A DNA stretch of 64,000 bases. Source: Vulcanimicrobiota bacterium. Its GTDB lineage: Bacteria > Vulcanimicrobiota > Vulcanimicrobiia > Vulcanimicrobiales > Vulcanimicrobiaceae. The notes beneath the pieces are model-generated. The model saw nothing but the letters and a program-made list of their open reading frames with translations, searched no databases and was not told the DNA's origin. The translations under genes were made by a program, and so were the position numbers. The number at the start of each line of letters is the position of its first letter. Position 1 is the first letter of the stretch. Below, one piece after another: positions 62,627 to 64,000 of this stretch. The DNA is taken from contig CAVRQT010000002.1 of assembly GCA_963723515.1 (NCBI GenBank), positions 160,001 to 224,000 of the forward strand, read 5' to 3'.

Positions 62627-64000
62627 ATGCCGAACGCAACGCATACGGCGCCCCTGCCCGAGGGCGCCCTGCAACAAGTCGCGGACGCTTTACGCAATGC
62701 GATCGAGCAAGAATTTCCAGCCGCGGATGCGCCTCTCGATTTTGAGCCGCCGCGACGTCCCGAATTCGGTGATTACGCGACAAACATCGCCTTTGCGCTC
62801 GCGCGCACGGCGCGGCGGGCGCCGCAAGCGGTTGCCTCCGCGTTGCTCGATGCGCGTCGATCGAAACGCTTTGGAGTCTGTTGTCAGCAGCATCGACGCT
62901 GTCGGAGGTTTCATCAACATCCGCCTGGCGCCGGCGTGCTGGCAAACGAACCTTGCGGTCATTCTGCGTGAAGGAACCGGTTTCGGAGATGCACCTTCGA
63001 ACGGCACGCGCGTTTCGCTCGAGTTCGGCAGTGCGAATCCAACGGGGCCGCTCGTCGTCGTTCAGGGACGCACGCTGAGCATCGGGCAGACACTTGCCAA
63101 TGCCATGCGCGCCCGCGGCTACGACGTCACGACGGAATGGATCATCAACGATGCCGGCGCACAGATCGATGCCCTCGGACGCTCGCTCTATGCGCGCTAC
63201 CGGCAACTCAGCGAGCCGGATTATCCATTTCCGGCTGCGGGATATCCGGGCGACTACCTCAAGCCGATCGCGCAGCGGATCTTCGAGCGCGATGGAGATC
63301 GCTGGAACGCAGCGCCGGAAGCCGAGTGGTTGCCGTATTTCCGTATCGCCGGCCGCGATGCGATCGTTGCGGAACAGCAAGCCGTTGCAATGCGGTTTCG
63401 AGTGCATTTCGATCGCTGGCAGAGCGAACTCGAACTCCACGAAAGCGGCCGCGTCGTCAAGGACCTTCAACGCTTGACCGATCGCGGACTGACGTACATG
63501 TCCGATGGCGCTCTCTATTTTCGCGCCACCCGCTTCGGCGACGATAAAGACCGCGTGCTCTTGCGCTCCGATGGTCGTCCAACGTACTACGCGCCTGATG
63601 TCGCCTACCACTACGAGAAGCTGCAGCGCGCCGATCGCGTCATCGACATCCTTGGGCCGGACCATCACGGTTATATCGGACGTCTAAAAGGCATTGCCGA
63701 TGCGCTCGGTTATCCCGGCGCACTCGAGGTGATCATCGCGCAGCAGATTACGCTGCTAAGCGGCGCCCAGAGCGTTTCGGTGAGCAAGCGCGCCGGCGCG
63801 ATCATCACGCTGGACGATATTCTTGACGATGTCGGCGTCGACGCGGCGCGCTTCTTTTTCATCATGCTGGCGCCTGAGTCGCCGCTCAAATTCGATCTCG
63901 CGCTCGCCAAAGAGCAGAGCGAAAATAATCCGGTCTACTACGTGCAGTACGGGCATGCGCGCATTTCGTCGGTGTTCAAGAATGCGGACGCCTCAGACAT
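62627..64000 (+). CDS. argS: Arginine--tRNA ligase (frameshift near 62850; 3' truncated)
   Basis: FGDYATN.A, GFINIRL, EFGSANPTGPL, INDAG.Q, DDKDRVL.RSDG, GPDHHGY, SKRAG, NPVYYVQYGHAR. Confidence 0.95.

Noticed and set aside
7057..62900. Pseudogenes or programmed frameshifts (bioABF, dinB, nfo, gcvH, sufB, rplU, trmD, argS and others)
   Set aside because: Too many, essential genes are included and there is no common slippery site; sequencing indels are more parsimonious

Overview
This is a GC-rich bacterial core-genome segment. Its mix of Firmicute-like synteny (trmD-rplS-lepB-rbgA-rnhB-yraN, rplU-prp, scpAB, hemQ) with an outer-membrane TonB-dependent receptor suggests a diderm Terrabacterium such as Ca. 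Eremiobacterota; that assignment is inference only. About 75 genes are present, covering: polyamine and MTA metabolism (mtnP, Orn/Lys/Arg decarboxylase, speD, speE); biotin synthesis (bioAFDB); pdxST; glycine cleavage; sufB; DNA repair and replication (holB, tmk, dinB, nfo, dut, nrdR, dprA, comM, and a RecB-type nuclease plus degenerate UvrD pair); translation; a ribose-type ABC transporter; and an APC/USP module. There is one tRNA-Arg(TCG). About 25 genes, several essential, carry single-base frameshifts, most likely long-read indel errors rather than pseudogenes. No CRISPR array, prophage, integrase or transposase was seen. The most interesting unexplained signals are five: (1) a ~170-nt intergenic rod-like RNA structure at 5214-5397 whose mismatches are nearly all G-U on the + strand; (2) a 111-bp multi-hairpin repeat in tandem at 54364-54624, with a diverged, structure-preserving copy at 45874-45945; (3) a ~190-nt structured leader in front of speD-speE-paaI-gcvTHP; (4) the stand-alone Fe-S nuclease plus degenerate helicase plus GNAT cassette; (5) tandem NrdR boxes upstream of nrdR-dut. 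All calls come from reading the sequence; no searches or folding programs were run.
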